Shown here: one piece after another, positions 10,074 to 19,028 of the stretch
Layout of the letters: each line of letters opens with the position of its first letter
Numbering within the stretch: the stretch's first letter is position 1
Assembly: GCA_963667015.2 (NCBI GenBank)
Contig: CAXXJJ010000004.1
Coordinates: 4,032,001 to 4,096,000, forward strand
From: Desulfatiglandales bacterium
GTDB lineage: Bacteria > Desulfobacterota > DSM-4660 > Desulfatiglandales > HGW-15
DNA length: 64,000 nucleotides
Reading direction: 5' to 3'
Notes under the pieces: model-generated
Database searches by the model: none
Seen by the model: the letters and a program-made list of their open reading frames with translations, nothing else
Told to the model about the DNA's origin: nothing
Position numbers and translations under genes: made by a program

Positions 10074-12290
10074 GTGGCGAAAAAAAGCTATGTTAAAGCA
10101 GATGAAGTCCAGATAGAAGGGAACAAAATCTTCAGCCCTGTTCGTAAAAAGTGGCTTCCATTAACGCCTGAAGAGAAAGTCCGGCAGCAATACCTGACTG
10201 TTCTGATTGATGAATACGGATTTGCTCTTGATCAAATTGATGAAGAGATAAATGTAACCGGCAGAGGTAGCGCCCAGGCTCGGGCTGATTTTATCATATG
10301 GCGAACGGCAAAAGACAAGGTAGATCAGAAAGCTCCTTTCATCATTATTGAATGCAAGTCTGATAATGTAACAATAAAACCTGCTGATTATTCTCAGGGA
10401 GAAAATTATGCCCGCATCGCCGATGCTCCCTTTTTTGTGACACACAATTCCAGAGAAACCAGATTCTGGAGAGTAAAGAAAGATAAAATGCCGGGGTATA
10501 TTGAAGAGATTGAAAATATCCCTCATGCAGATGCATCGGACAAGGAAATCAATGATTTGTTATCCAAACTCCGGGTATTCAAGGAAAAGGAATTCGCCGA
10601 CCTCCTGCATCAATGTCACAATGTTATACGAAACCGTGAGAAAAAAGATCCCGCAGCCGCCTTTGATGAAATTGCCAAAATTCTCTTTGTAAAAGTCTGG
10701 GTAGAACGGGAATTAAGTAAAAAACGCAGACGTAAAAACCTGTTCAGTGTAGAATTTCTTGAGGAACAACTTGGTGATAACCCTCTTGATGTATTGTTTA
10801 CACAGACCAAACAGGCCTATTCCACTGATAATATTTTTGAAAAAGATGAGCATATCAATCTTAAACCCGCGACCGGTACTGAAATCGTTCGCCTACTGGA
10901 AAAATACAACCTGTCTGATACCAGCGAGGATATAAAAGGCGTTGCGTTTGAACGTTTTCTAGGGCGTACTTTCCGTGGTGAAATAGGACAGTTTTTTACT
11001 CCGCGCTCAATTGTAGAATTCATGGTCCATATGGTTAATCCAAAAGAAGGTGAAATCGTATGTGATCCGGCAAGCGGTTCCGGCGGATTTCTCATCCGTG
11101 TCTTTGAAATTGTCCGGGAACAGATTCTTGCCGATGCAGACAGGCAATACAATGAATACAAAAAAGAAATAAATAAAAACAAGACCCTGAGCGAAGTAGA
11201 CAAAGCCGTCAGACTGCGAAAAGAGTACGATAAAATACAGAAGACTATTGATCAACGCAATGAAGGTTCCCGCATGTGGAAGCTATCCAACCGATGCATA
11301 TATGGGACTGATGCAAATGACCGGATGGCTCGAACCAGCAAGATGAATATGATAATGCATGGTGACGGCCATGGCGGTGTGCACCATCACGACGGATTCC
11401 TTAATGTCAATGGCATTTTTGAAGGTAGATTTGACATCATTCTTACAAACCCTCCCTTTGGCGCAAATGTAGAACCAAGCGATAAAATAACAGAAGAGGA
11501 AACACTGGTTACCAAAGAAGCCAAAGAAAGATATGAAAAAGAATATGGCAATCTTTACACAGAGGCACAGGCAAGAGTTAAAGCGGCAATAAATAAACCT
11601 ATAGCTTCTTTATTTGAATTGCCAAAATCAAACAAGTCAAAGATCAAAACTGAGATTCTTTTCATTGAGAGATGCCTTGATCTGCTTAAACCGGGTGGCA
11701 GAATGGGGATAGTTCTTCCTGAAGGAATTTATAATAATCCATCCCTGGCTTATGTCAGGGAATTTACCGAAGACCGTGCCTTTTTAAAAGCAGTGGTTAG
11801 TCTTCCACAGGAGACCTTTATCAGTTCCGGGGCCAGCGTGAAATGCTCTTTGCTCTTCCTGCAAAAATACACAGAAGAAGAAAAACAGGCATTCGATAAC
11901 ATATATTCCCAGACTAAAATGGAAATTTATAAGCGCTATGCGGATGAAATAAAAAAAGAAATTGAGCGATTTGATACAGCCATTGTTATAGCCAAAAACA
12001 ATAAAGATACAGAAGGACGTAAAGCACTGCAAAAAGAGCTCCGGGATTATGTGAACCTCATGGAAGCAAAGAAAGCAGCTGAATCTCGCCAACTACTCAA
12101 GGATAGGTTTGACTACTCAATTTTTATGTATGAAGCGGAAAAAGTTGGTATTACAGCCACAGGTGAAGAAGATTTAAATGAGCTGTATCCTGCCAACAAT
12201 AAACCAAAGGATATCGATAAGACTTGTCTGGAGTGGTATCGGGAATTTCTTGTCGATCCTGAGAGATTTGCTGAAGCAGGAGGGGAATAA
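10074..12290 (+). CDS. Fused restriction endonuclease (HsdR_N-like PD-(D/E)xK) and N6-adenine DNA methyltransferase
   Basis: TPEEKVRQ, RADFIIW, IIIECK nuclease motifs; GQFFTPR, DPASGSGGFL (motif I), TNPPFG (motif IV). Confidence 0.9.
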   Translation: MAKKSYVKADEVQIEGNKIFSPVRKKWLPLTPEEKVRQQYLTVLIDEYGFALDQIDEEINVTGRGSAQARADFIIWRTAKDKVDQKAPFIIIECKSDNVTIKPADYSQGENYARIADAPFFVTHNSRETRFWRVKKDKMPGYIEEIENIPHADASDKEINDLLSKLRVFKEKEFADLLHQCHNVIRNREKKDPAAAFDEIAKILFVKVWVERELSKKRRRKNLFSVEFLEEQLGDNPLDVLFTQTKQAYSTDNIFEKDEHINLKPATGTEIVRLLEKYNLSDTSEDIKGVAFERFLGRTFRGEIGQFFTPRSIVEFMVHMVNPKEGEIVCDPASGSGGFLIRVFEIVREQILADADRQYNEYKKEINKNKTLSEVDKAVRLRKEYDKIQKTIDQRNEGSRMWKLSNRCIYGTDANDRMARTSKMNMIMHGDGHGGVHHHDGFLNVNGIFEGRFDIILTNPPFGANVEPSDKITEEETLVTKEAKERYEKEYGNLYTEAQARVKAAINKPIASLFELPKSNKSKIKTEILFIERCLDLLKPGGRMGIVLPEGIYNNPSLAYVREFTEDRAFLKAVVSLPQETFISSGASVKCSLLFLQKYTEEEKQAFDNIYSQTKMEIYKRYADEIKKEIERFDTAIVIAKNNKDTEGRKALQKELRDYVNLMEAKKAAESRQLLKDRFDYSIFMYEAEKVGITATGEEDLNELYPANNKPKDIDKTCLEWYREFLVDPERFAEAGGE

Positions 12291-12292
12291 TA

Positions 12293-13624
12293 ATGGTTGA
12301 AGTTTTACAACCTTTTCCTAATGCCTTCGCTGTAAAATTTTCAGTAATTAATAGATGGGACCCTAACAGCTTTCATAATATTAAGTGGCATTGGCCCACT
12401 TCAGTGATGGCCCCCATCAGTTCTATACTGTCATATAGGAAGGAGAAAGTAGATCGCGGCAATAATGGATTTTCAGATTTGATGCCAGTGACCATTCACT
12501 TCGATGGCTCGATAGAGCCACGCAAAGTGAATGAAAGCAAAGAATATACAATGGATCTTTTCTGGGCTAGGCCAGGTGATATCGTTGTCTCTAAAATTGA
12601 CCTTAAAAATGGTGCGGTAGCAATTATTCCAGATAATTGGAAAAACGTCGTTGTAACAAATCATTTCGCAGTTTATAAGCCTAATCTTGACCGGATTAAT
12701 CCAAAATATTTTCATTTATTGATACAGGCTAAATTCTTTAAAAATCACCTATGGAGAAATAAAGTAGGTGCTGAAGGAAGAAAAGAGGTAAAACTCGATT
12801 TTTTTGAGTCATTAGAAATCCCTATTCCAAATTTATCAATTCAAAATAAAATTATTTCATATTGGGACAATGTTCAAGAAGATACTACAACCACAACATT
12901 TGCTAAAATAAATCTTGTTAAAAAACTCAGTGAATTCATGAGCAGCCAGACCTATAAATATAAATTTTTACGTAATTCCAAACTTTTTAGTGCTAATTTT
13001 TCTCAGGCCCAACAATGGGATGTTAAAGCTGGTCGAGCAGCGGTTTTCAAAGAGGCAAATCCTAATTTTATTCGGCTGGGGGATTACACTGAAGAGTGCT
13101 CAGATATGGTTAAACCATGGTTATTTCCTGATAAAACATGGCCTATTTATGGAGTTAACAATAAGGATGGAGTGTTTCTTAGTACGAAACAGGAAGCAAA
13201 ATACTTCAATGCTGCCTATAAGAAGATTAAAAAAGATTGGTTCTTTCACAATCCAACAAGGGCCAATGTCGGTTCATTAGGTATAGTACCTGACGTGCCA
13301 GAGGATGCTATTACAAGTCCGGAGTATCAGGTATGGAAGTTAACAGGAGGTTTTGCACCTGAATTCATGGATCTCCTATTACAGACGGAATACTTCCTGA
13401 CACTAGTAAGCTTTAATCGAGTCGGAGGAGTTAAACAACGAATGTATTACGCTAATCTTGCAGAGATACGATTACCCATGATTGCCCAGGATGTTCAAGA
13501 AAAGTTTTTAATTCAAAAAGCAGAAATCGAACAGAAATTATCCACACTAAAAGAGAATCTTGTAGAATGCAAAAAACATGTTGAAAAACTAATCCTCGGA
13601 ACTATATCAGTGGAGGAACTCTGA
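12293..13624 (+). CDS. Restriction-modification specificity (S) subunit with two TRDs
   Basis: Two repeats ending in LEIPIPNLSIQNKI and IRLPMIAQDVQEKF; starts 2 nt after the R-M gene stop. Confidence 0.82.
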   Translation: MVEVLQPFPNAFAVKFSVINRWDPNSFHNIKWHWPTSVMAPISSILSYRKEKVDRGNNGFSDLMPVTIHFDGSIEPRKVNESKEYTMDLFWARPGDIVVSKIDLKNGAVAIIPDNWKNVVVTNHFAVYKPNLDRINPKYFHLLIQAKFFKNHLWRNKVGAEGRKEVKLDFFESLEIPIPNLSIQNKIISYWDNVQEDTTTTTFAKINLVKKLSEFMSSQTYKYKFLRNSKLFSANFSQAQQWDVKAGRAAVFKEANPNFIRLGDYTEECSDMVKPWLFPDKTWPIYGVNNKDGVFLSTKQEAKYFNAAYKKIKKDWFFHNPTRANVGSLGIVPDVPEDAITSPEYQVWKLTGGFAPEFMDLLLQTEYFLTLVSFNRVGGVKQRMYYANLAEIRLPMIAQDVQEKFLIQKAEIEQKLSTLKENLVECKKHVEKLILGTISVEEL

Positions 13625-13625
13625 T

Positions 13626-15242
13626 ATGTCACGCGGGCGTCAATATATCCAAATTGAAGGGTACTTTGCAGAAAGCGTTTTAGGCATTTTTCGCATTATT
13701 CGGGGATTTGCCGATCTTCGAGATCTTGCCGAAATATCAGTTCCCTATAAAATGACCGATCATGAAACCCAATCCAGTCGTGTTACCGGTCATCAACGAG
13801 AGTTCAATGAAAAGCATGCGCAGGATATTAAAAAATACCTTGAACAAAGTGATAATCGTTTTCTTCCGGAGGTTGTCCTGTCGGTTCGTACCACAGTAAA
13901 TCTGGTGACCGCCCAGGGGACTATTCATCCTGATCATCTTGGATTTGGCGAAGTGGTTTTTGGTGTAGTAGATGATAATAGCACGCCGATTGTCATCAAG
14001 CGCAAATACGGTAGTAAAACCACCCGGATGCAAACTATTCGGATTCTCCGACAGAATCTGGAGCAGATAAAGACTAATAAACTCATTCGCCGTATTGATG
14101 GCAATCACCGCCTGGCACTGGCCGAAAATCTTGCTGAAGATCCCAACGTACCCTCCAAATTTTTAGCGCCTTTCTGTATTGTATTGCTTGGGTCAGTTGA
14201 TAACGACGCAGATGATTATGCGGAGTCCCTAATTTTCCATACTATCAATAATACAGCGTTACCATTGGAATCGGAACATGGCCTTCGGCTTCTATTGGGC
14301 CAGAATTCTGATTATGATATGACACCTGACAATGAATTCAGATACAGCCCTGAGCTCTATCTTACTCGTCTCCTTTCAGAAAAATTAAAGGGATTGCCTC
14401 AACCCGCCCGTGAAAGGTTTGGTATTCGACCTTTAACCTCATTATGGGAAGCAGCACGTAATCTGATTATGATGGATGCTAATATTGCCAAATCTAAAAT
14501 TTCACTTGATCAGTTTGCCAATGATCTGTTCGCGGGTTTATCAGATATCATGGTGCGTTTGACAGTAAACCATCCGTCTCTATGCAAAACCTACTCTTTC
14601 CTTGAACTGGCCTCTCGAATCTGGAATGAGACAGCTGGCAATCATGAAAACCGTGTCAATTCTTCTGTACAATTGCTTGATCGTATAGGTAAATGGCTTG
14701 GGAATGAAGGAATTACCGGACTCTTAAATCCATCTTCTCCTGCCGAACAATTGTTAACTACTTTTAAAGCAGCACAAAACAGAATACCCCGAAAAGTATT
14801 CCTAGCCCGATGGTATCCAATAGCTGACGCACCAAATGACGCCCATAATAAAGCCAAACTAAGGTTAGAACAATTACAACAGGCTATCAAATCAATAAAA
14901 AATGAACATGGTATCTCACTTGAATTAATCGATATGGGAACTCAAGAAGGCGGTACTTTCCCTATCCATCATAGAATGTATGAAGCAATAGCAGGCGCTG
15001 AAATTATTATTTGTGACTTAACAGGGCAACGCGCCAATGTTTTTGTCGAGGCAGGTTTTGCGCTCAAGCATCATGAAAAGAACCGCCTCATTTTCCTTTT
15101 CGAACCACGGAACAGAAATGATAAAGTCCCCTTTGACCTTTCAACCTTTAAATATGTACAAATATCGCAGGCTGCAGAAATACCAAATAAAGTAAAATCA
15201 GAAATTATTGCTATTTTAAGTGATTCAGGCGCTCCGCTTTAA
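13626..15242 (+). CDS. DGQHR (DndB-like, ParB superfamily) domain fused to a nucleoside 2-deoxyribosyltransferase/TIR-like domain
   Basis: N-half GHQR..IKKYL..FLPEVVL, IDGNHR, FHTINNTALPL; C-terminus AEIIICDLTGQRANVFVEAGFA...VPFDL. Confidence 0.72.
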   Translation: MSRGRQYIQIEGYFAESVLGIFRIIRGFADLRDLAEISVPYKMTDHETQSSRVTGHQREFNEKHAQDIKKYLEQSDNRFLPEVVLSVRTTVNLVTAQGTIHPDHLGFGEVVFGVVDDNSTPIVIKRKYGSKTTRMQTIRILRQNLEQIKTNKLIRRIDGNHRLALAENLAEDPNVPSKFLAPFCIVLLGSVDNDADDYAESLIFHTINNTALPLESEHGLRLLLGQNSDYDMTPDNEFRYSPELYLTRLLSEKLKGLPQPARERFGIRPLTSLWEAARNLIMMDANIAKSKISLDQFANDLFAGLSDIMVRLTVNHPSLCKTYSFLELASRIWNETAGNHENRVNSSVQLLDRIGKWLGNEGITGLLNPSSPAEQLLTTFKAAQNRIPRKVFLARWYPIADAPNDAHNKAKLRLEQLQQAIKSIKNEHGISLELIDMGTQEGGTFPIHHRMYEAIAGAEIIICDLTGQRANVFVEAGFALKHHEKNRLIFLFEPRNRNDKVPFDLSTFKYVQISQAAEIPNKVKSEIIAILSDSGAPL

Positions 15243-15313
15243 TAAGATCAAGATTTAACAGTAGTAATTGTAATGCACTCTTGATACTTTACTTACTATA
15301 TAATGAGGTTGCC

Positions 15314-16003
15314 ATGGCAAAACAGAAAAAGCTTGTCCTCCAGCATCTTGAGAAGATTTCCTGGCGTGTTCTTGAAGACTACCCCAAAATAATAAAAGAA
15401 ATGATTCATGGCAAATCCGGTGTCTATGCTCTGTATCGTAAAGACAAACTATATTATGTTGGTCTTGCAACCAATCTTATGGGACGTTTAAAAACTCATC
15501 TAAAAGATCGACACCACGGGGCTTGGGATAGGTTTAGTGTTTACTTGACTGTTCATGATGAACATATAAAAGAACTTGAATCTCTTATCTTAAGAATCTC
15601 AAATCCAACTGGGAACAAAACAGGAGGTAAATTTTCAGAGTCTAATAACCTTCGTTCGACCTTGAACCAGGAAATCAAAGGTTTTGATGCTGACAAAAGG
15701 GCGGCTCTTATTTGTGGAAAGATTGAAATACAAAGACGCAAATCAAAGATGCATAAAAGTAAAGGCACAAAAATTCTTGTTGGCATAGCAAACAAAAGAA
15801 TACCCCTAAGAGCTAAATATAAAGGTGAAGAATACAGAGCCACGTTACGAATAGACGGAATGATTGGATACAATGGTGAAAAATATCCGTCCCCAAGTGC
15901 TGCAGGAAGAGCCATTATAAAAAGAGCATGTAATGGTTGGTGGTTTTGGCATTATAAAAATGAGAAAGGTGAATGGGTGAGGTTAGATGAGATAAGAAAA
16001 TGA
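15314..16003 (+). CDS. GIY-YIG nuclease fused to a RAMA (DUF4357-like) domain
   Basis: GVYALY...YYVGLA..GRL..ELESLIL...N; C-terminus YNGEKYPSPSAAG...CNGWWFW; start ATG 15314 after GAGG. Confidence 0.78.
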   Translation: MAKQKKLVLQHLEKISWRVLEDYPKIIKEMIHGKSGVYALYRKDKLYYVGLATNLMGRLKTHLKDRHHGAWDRFSVYLTVHDEHIKELESLILRISNPTGNKTGGKFSESNNLRSTLNQEIKGFDADKRAALICGKIEIQRRKSKMHKSKGTKILVGIANKRIPLRAKYKGEEYRATLRIDGMIGYNGEKYPSPSAAGRAIIKRACNGWWFWHYKNEKGEWVRLDEIRK

Positions 16004-16238
16004 AGCATTGCCTTTTTATAGTTTTAAAATTACGCTCAACAATAATTTTTCTCCCACATCATTAGTATCATATTAAATAAAAATATTTATTCCAGTTATT
16101 ATATTATGAGCCAGAGGTAGATAGAAAACTGATTCAATTCATCGAAATGTAGAATAGCATTATTAACTATATTTAAAGAATCATATACTGGATTTAATTC
16201 TCCATATAATATTGTCAACCCAAAATTAGGAGAGGAAT

Positions 16239-18449
16239 ATGTGTCTATATAGTGATTTTTGGAAAGAGTGGGATAAATATAATTTAGCGCCTTATGCGGT
16301 TAAAAGTAATGATGCTTGGTATAATTATCGTGAATTCACAAATCCTGAATCTAATAATAAAAACAATATTTTTTTTGATCAAACTGGAAGTGAAAGCCGT
16401 TATAAAACAAATTTTGGCATGGATATAGAGAGGATACTGGATTCTCAAGCTTTTAGAAGGCTTGAATATAAAACACAGATGTTTGTAAACCATGAAGGTG
16501 ATAATTATAGGACTAGGTTAACACATACTCTTGAAGTGGTTATGATAGCAAAATATCTCGCAAAAGCACTTAGGCTTAACTCTGATTTGGTGGAGGCCAT
16601 TGGACTCGGCCATGATCTAGGTCACGCACCTTTTGGGCATGCTGGTGAAGAAGCTATTAATGAAATGATAAAAACAACTGAGGGGGATCTGAAGCAAATA
16701 AAAAAAGATTTAGAATCCAATTATTATTTTTGTCATAACAGGCAATCTCTTGAAGTAGTTGAACAACTAGAAAAAGGATATGAGTGGGATAGGCGTGAAG
16801 GTGATTCATATAAAAGAGGACTTAACCTAACGCTAGCTACAAGAGAAGGAATTGTAACACATACAAATCGCGGCCTTGAAAAACATAAACTTCGAGTTAA
16901 TTACCAAAAGAAAAAAATATGTTATCCAGGCAGTCTTGAGGCACAAATTGTCCGACTTGCTGATGAAATAGCTCAAAGAACACATGATTTAGAAGATGGT
17001 TTAAGATCAGGCCTTTTAACAACAAAAGATATCGTTAAGCCTATAATCATGATTATTGATGAAATGATATGGAATATAGGGAAAAATGATTCTGGATATT
17101 TTTTTAAAAATCAAAAGAAAGAAATATTTCCAATTCATTTATTCAAAGAGAATCTCTCTGGCTTTATAGAGATAATCTCTGAAGAATTAAAAAAAGTGAA
17201 TAAAAAAGTGACCAATGAACAGTATGATAATGTTTTACAAAAAGAGTACATTGAACGGTTATTTGTGGTTATATCTAGATTACTTTTCATATGGAGATCA
17301 GAAGAATATTTTAACAGTGAACACTTCTCCTCTGACGATAAAAATAACTATGTGAATAGAATTTTAAAATATATGTATATTTATCTTCAAATGCGGCTTG
17401 AAAGAGCTTCAGCCGCAAATATAAGCGGATTTCTCAGAGGCCTTTTCATTTCAAATACAATTGAGAATTCATTCTCAAATATTAAATCTGTTTTACGAAT
17501 GGATAAATCAGTAGAAAATGGGATTACAATACCGAGTAAAATAGAAAAAAAGAGTCCTTTTTACTTAGTATTTATTAATCCAGATAAGACATCTTTAAAA
17601 GCGTGTGTCGTAAAAATTGAATACTCAAGAAAAAAGCCTCCAATAAAAGGCTTATGGTTTGGAAGTGACGGAAGTAATTCAGCTAGTGTCGATAATCTAT
17701 TAGACAAAGAACAAATATCCCCAATAATAAAAAGATGGTTAAAAATAACTGCATTAGAAAATAAGCGGACAGTATATGCAAATATCCTTACAGATGGTTG
17801 GTCGAGTACTTACAGGGTAAATTGGTTAAATAAACATAAAGATATTCAGAAATGCGGTGGAATCAAAATTATTTTAGATAAAAACAAACCAAATCCCATT
17901 AAGGTTGGAATTAATCAGGTTCAAATTTATTTCACACAAATCGATTATTCCGAATTAGATGGCGCTTCAGAAGAAATAATTAAAGAAAGGATAAATGATA
18001 AATTAGTAATTAAGTTCAGTAATGAGATGATGGCGGTTGATAAAATTATGGAAGAAATGATTAAAAATAGAGTGCACCATCATTCAAAAGTCGAAAGGAT
18101 GAATGTAAAAGGTGTAATGATCATTAAAAGGCTGTTTAAAGAATATTGGAAACATCCAAGAATTATGAATACTAGGGTATGGAAAAATTTAACTAAATAT
18201 AATCGATATAATAATTTAATTAGAAATAATAAAAAACTATTTCAAGAATATAAAGGTGATGTCCCCAATAATGAACAATTGGAATTTTTTCATAATAGAA
18301 ATCAAAATATTGCTCAGTTATTATTGTGTCGTCGCATTATTGATTACATATCGGGGATGACAGATCGTTTTATTTATGAAGAATATGCGAGACTATTTTC
18401 TCCTCAAAAAGAAATTGAAAGTGTTAATGAAGTTATACAATTTGATTAA
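16239..18449 (+). CDS. dgt: dNTP triphosphohydrolase (dGTPase, HD family) with a large central insertion
   Basis: FRRLEYKTQ, RTRLTHTLEV, HDLGHAPFGHAGE, LEAQIVRLADEIA, C-terminal DYISGMTD; 736 aa. Confidence 0.88.
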   Translation: MCLYSDFWKEWDKYNLAPYAVKSNDAWYNYREFTNPESNNKNNIFFDQTGSESRYKTNFGMDIERILDSQAFRRLEYKTQMFVNHEGDNYRTRLTHTLEVVMIAKYLAKALRLNSDLVEAIGLGHDLGHAPFGHAGEEAINEMIKTTEGDLKQIKKDLESNYYFCHNRQSLEVVEQLEKGYEWDRREGDSYKRGLNLTLATREGIVTHTNRGLEKHKLRVNYQKKKICYPGSLEAQIVRLADEIAQRTHDLEDGLRSGLLTTKDIVKPIIMIIDEMIWNIGKNDSGYFFKNQKKEIFPIHLFKENLSGFIEIISEELKKVNKKVTNEQYDNVLQKEYIERLFVVISRLLFIWRSEEYFNSEHFSSDDKNNYVNRILKYMYIYLQMRLERASAANISGFLRGLFISNTIENSFSNIKSVLRMDKSVENGITIPSKIEKKSPFYLVFINPDKTSLKACVVKIEYSRKKPPIKGLWFGSDGSNSASVDNLLDKEQISPIIKRWLKITALENKRTVYANILTDGWSSTYRVNWLNKHKDIQKCGGIKIILDKNKPNPIKVGINQVQIYFTQIDYSELDGASEEIIKERINDKLVIKFSNEMMAVDKIMEEMIKNRVHHHSKVERMNVKGVMIIKRLFKEYWKHPRIMNTRVWKNLTKYNRYNNLIRNNKKLFQEYKGDVPNNEQLEFFHNRNQNIAQLLLCRRIIDYISGMTDRFIYEEYARLFSPQKEIESVNEVIQFD

Positions 18450-18506
18450 GCGAGGGTAACAGTTTAGTCCCCATGGATACTGGAAGACAGCAGAAATTAT
18501 GTTAAG

Positions 18507-18610
18507 GGGGATTCCCATAAGTTCATAAGTTTACATTGCTTAATGGACAGAGGAGGACGTTAGTGCAGAACGTGAAATAAAATAAAAATGCACGCTCTGC
18601 ACAAACGTTA
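18507..18610. repeat. 104-bp repeat A: GGGGATTCCCATAAGTTCATAAGTT motif plus hairpin (18557-18608)
   Basis: Ungapped match to 23316-23419 (about 14 mismatches by my count). Confidence 0.88.
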
Positions 18611-18656
18611 AGGGATAAGAGGGAAAACAGGCTGAAGTATTTTAAACTGCCTTTAG

Positions 18657-18923
18657 CTACCCCCCTAATATCTGAATCCGTATTTTCCCCGAATCCTTCA
18701 GCATCTGCTGGATCTCAACAGGAACATAAATCTGATTATTACCTGTTATTGCAGCTCTTCCGGTATACATCTCTCCGGTATTAAGGTTTGTGATCTGGGC
18801 TGTTACCTTTTCTTTATTCCCGGTTCCAATCCCCTCTTCCTCTGCAAGTTTTCTCTGCTCACTCGGAATAATAATCAGCTCTTGATAATCATCTTCATTT
18901 ACTTCCCATTCAATTAATCTCAT
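18657..18923 (-). CDS. Small hypothetical protein (88 aa), weak AbrB/SpoVT-like segment
   Basis: SD AAGGAG; ITGNNQIYVPVEIQQML resembles a swapped-hairpin motif; flanked by REP-like units. Confidence 0.6.
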   Translation of the reverse strand: MRLIEWEVNEDDYQELIIIPSEQRKLAEEEGIGTGNKEKVTAQITNLNTGEMYTGRAAITGNNQIYVPVEIQQMLKDSGKIRIQILGG

Positions 18924-19028
18924 TTTCTTTTCTCCTTTGATTTTAGTCTATTTGTCTGAAGGCTGAAGGCTATTAGTTTTATTTTGATTTTCCTAACAGT
19001 CCTCAGTCTAAAACCCTTTAGCCATTTT

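Noticed and set aside
12878..12902. TTTTT peptide in the S subunit as a phase-variable simple repeat
   Set aside because: The codons are mixed (ACT ACA ACC ACA ACA), so there is no DNA microsatellite.
13626..15242. Calling the DGQHR gene dndB of a phosphorothioation system
   Set aside because: No dndACDE, ssp or pbe partners in the window, and the protein has an extra effector-like domain.
18480..18531. TTATGTTAA next to repeat A as a dif/XerD arm
   Set aside because: No plausible XerC arm at 6-bp spacing, and it is not conserved at repeats B or C.
18540..18615. Hairpin ending in GTTAAGG/GTTAGAG as an integron attC site
   Set aside because: No matching RYYYAAC...GTTRRRY pair in the right order, no extrahelical bases, and no integron integrase in the window.
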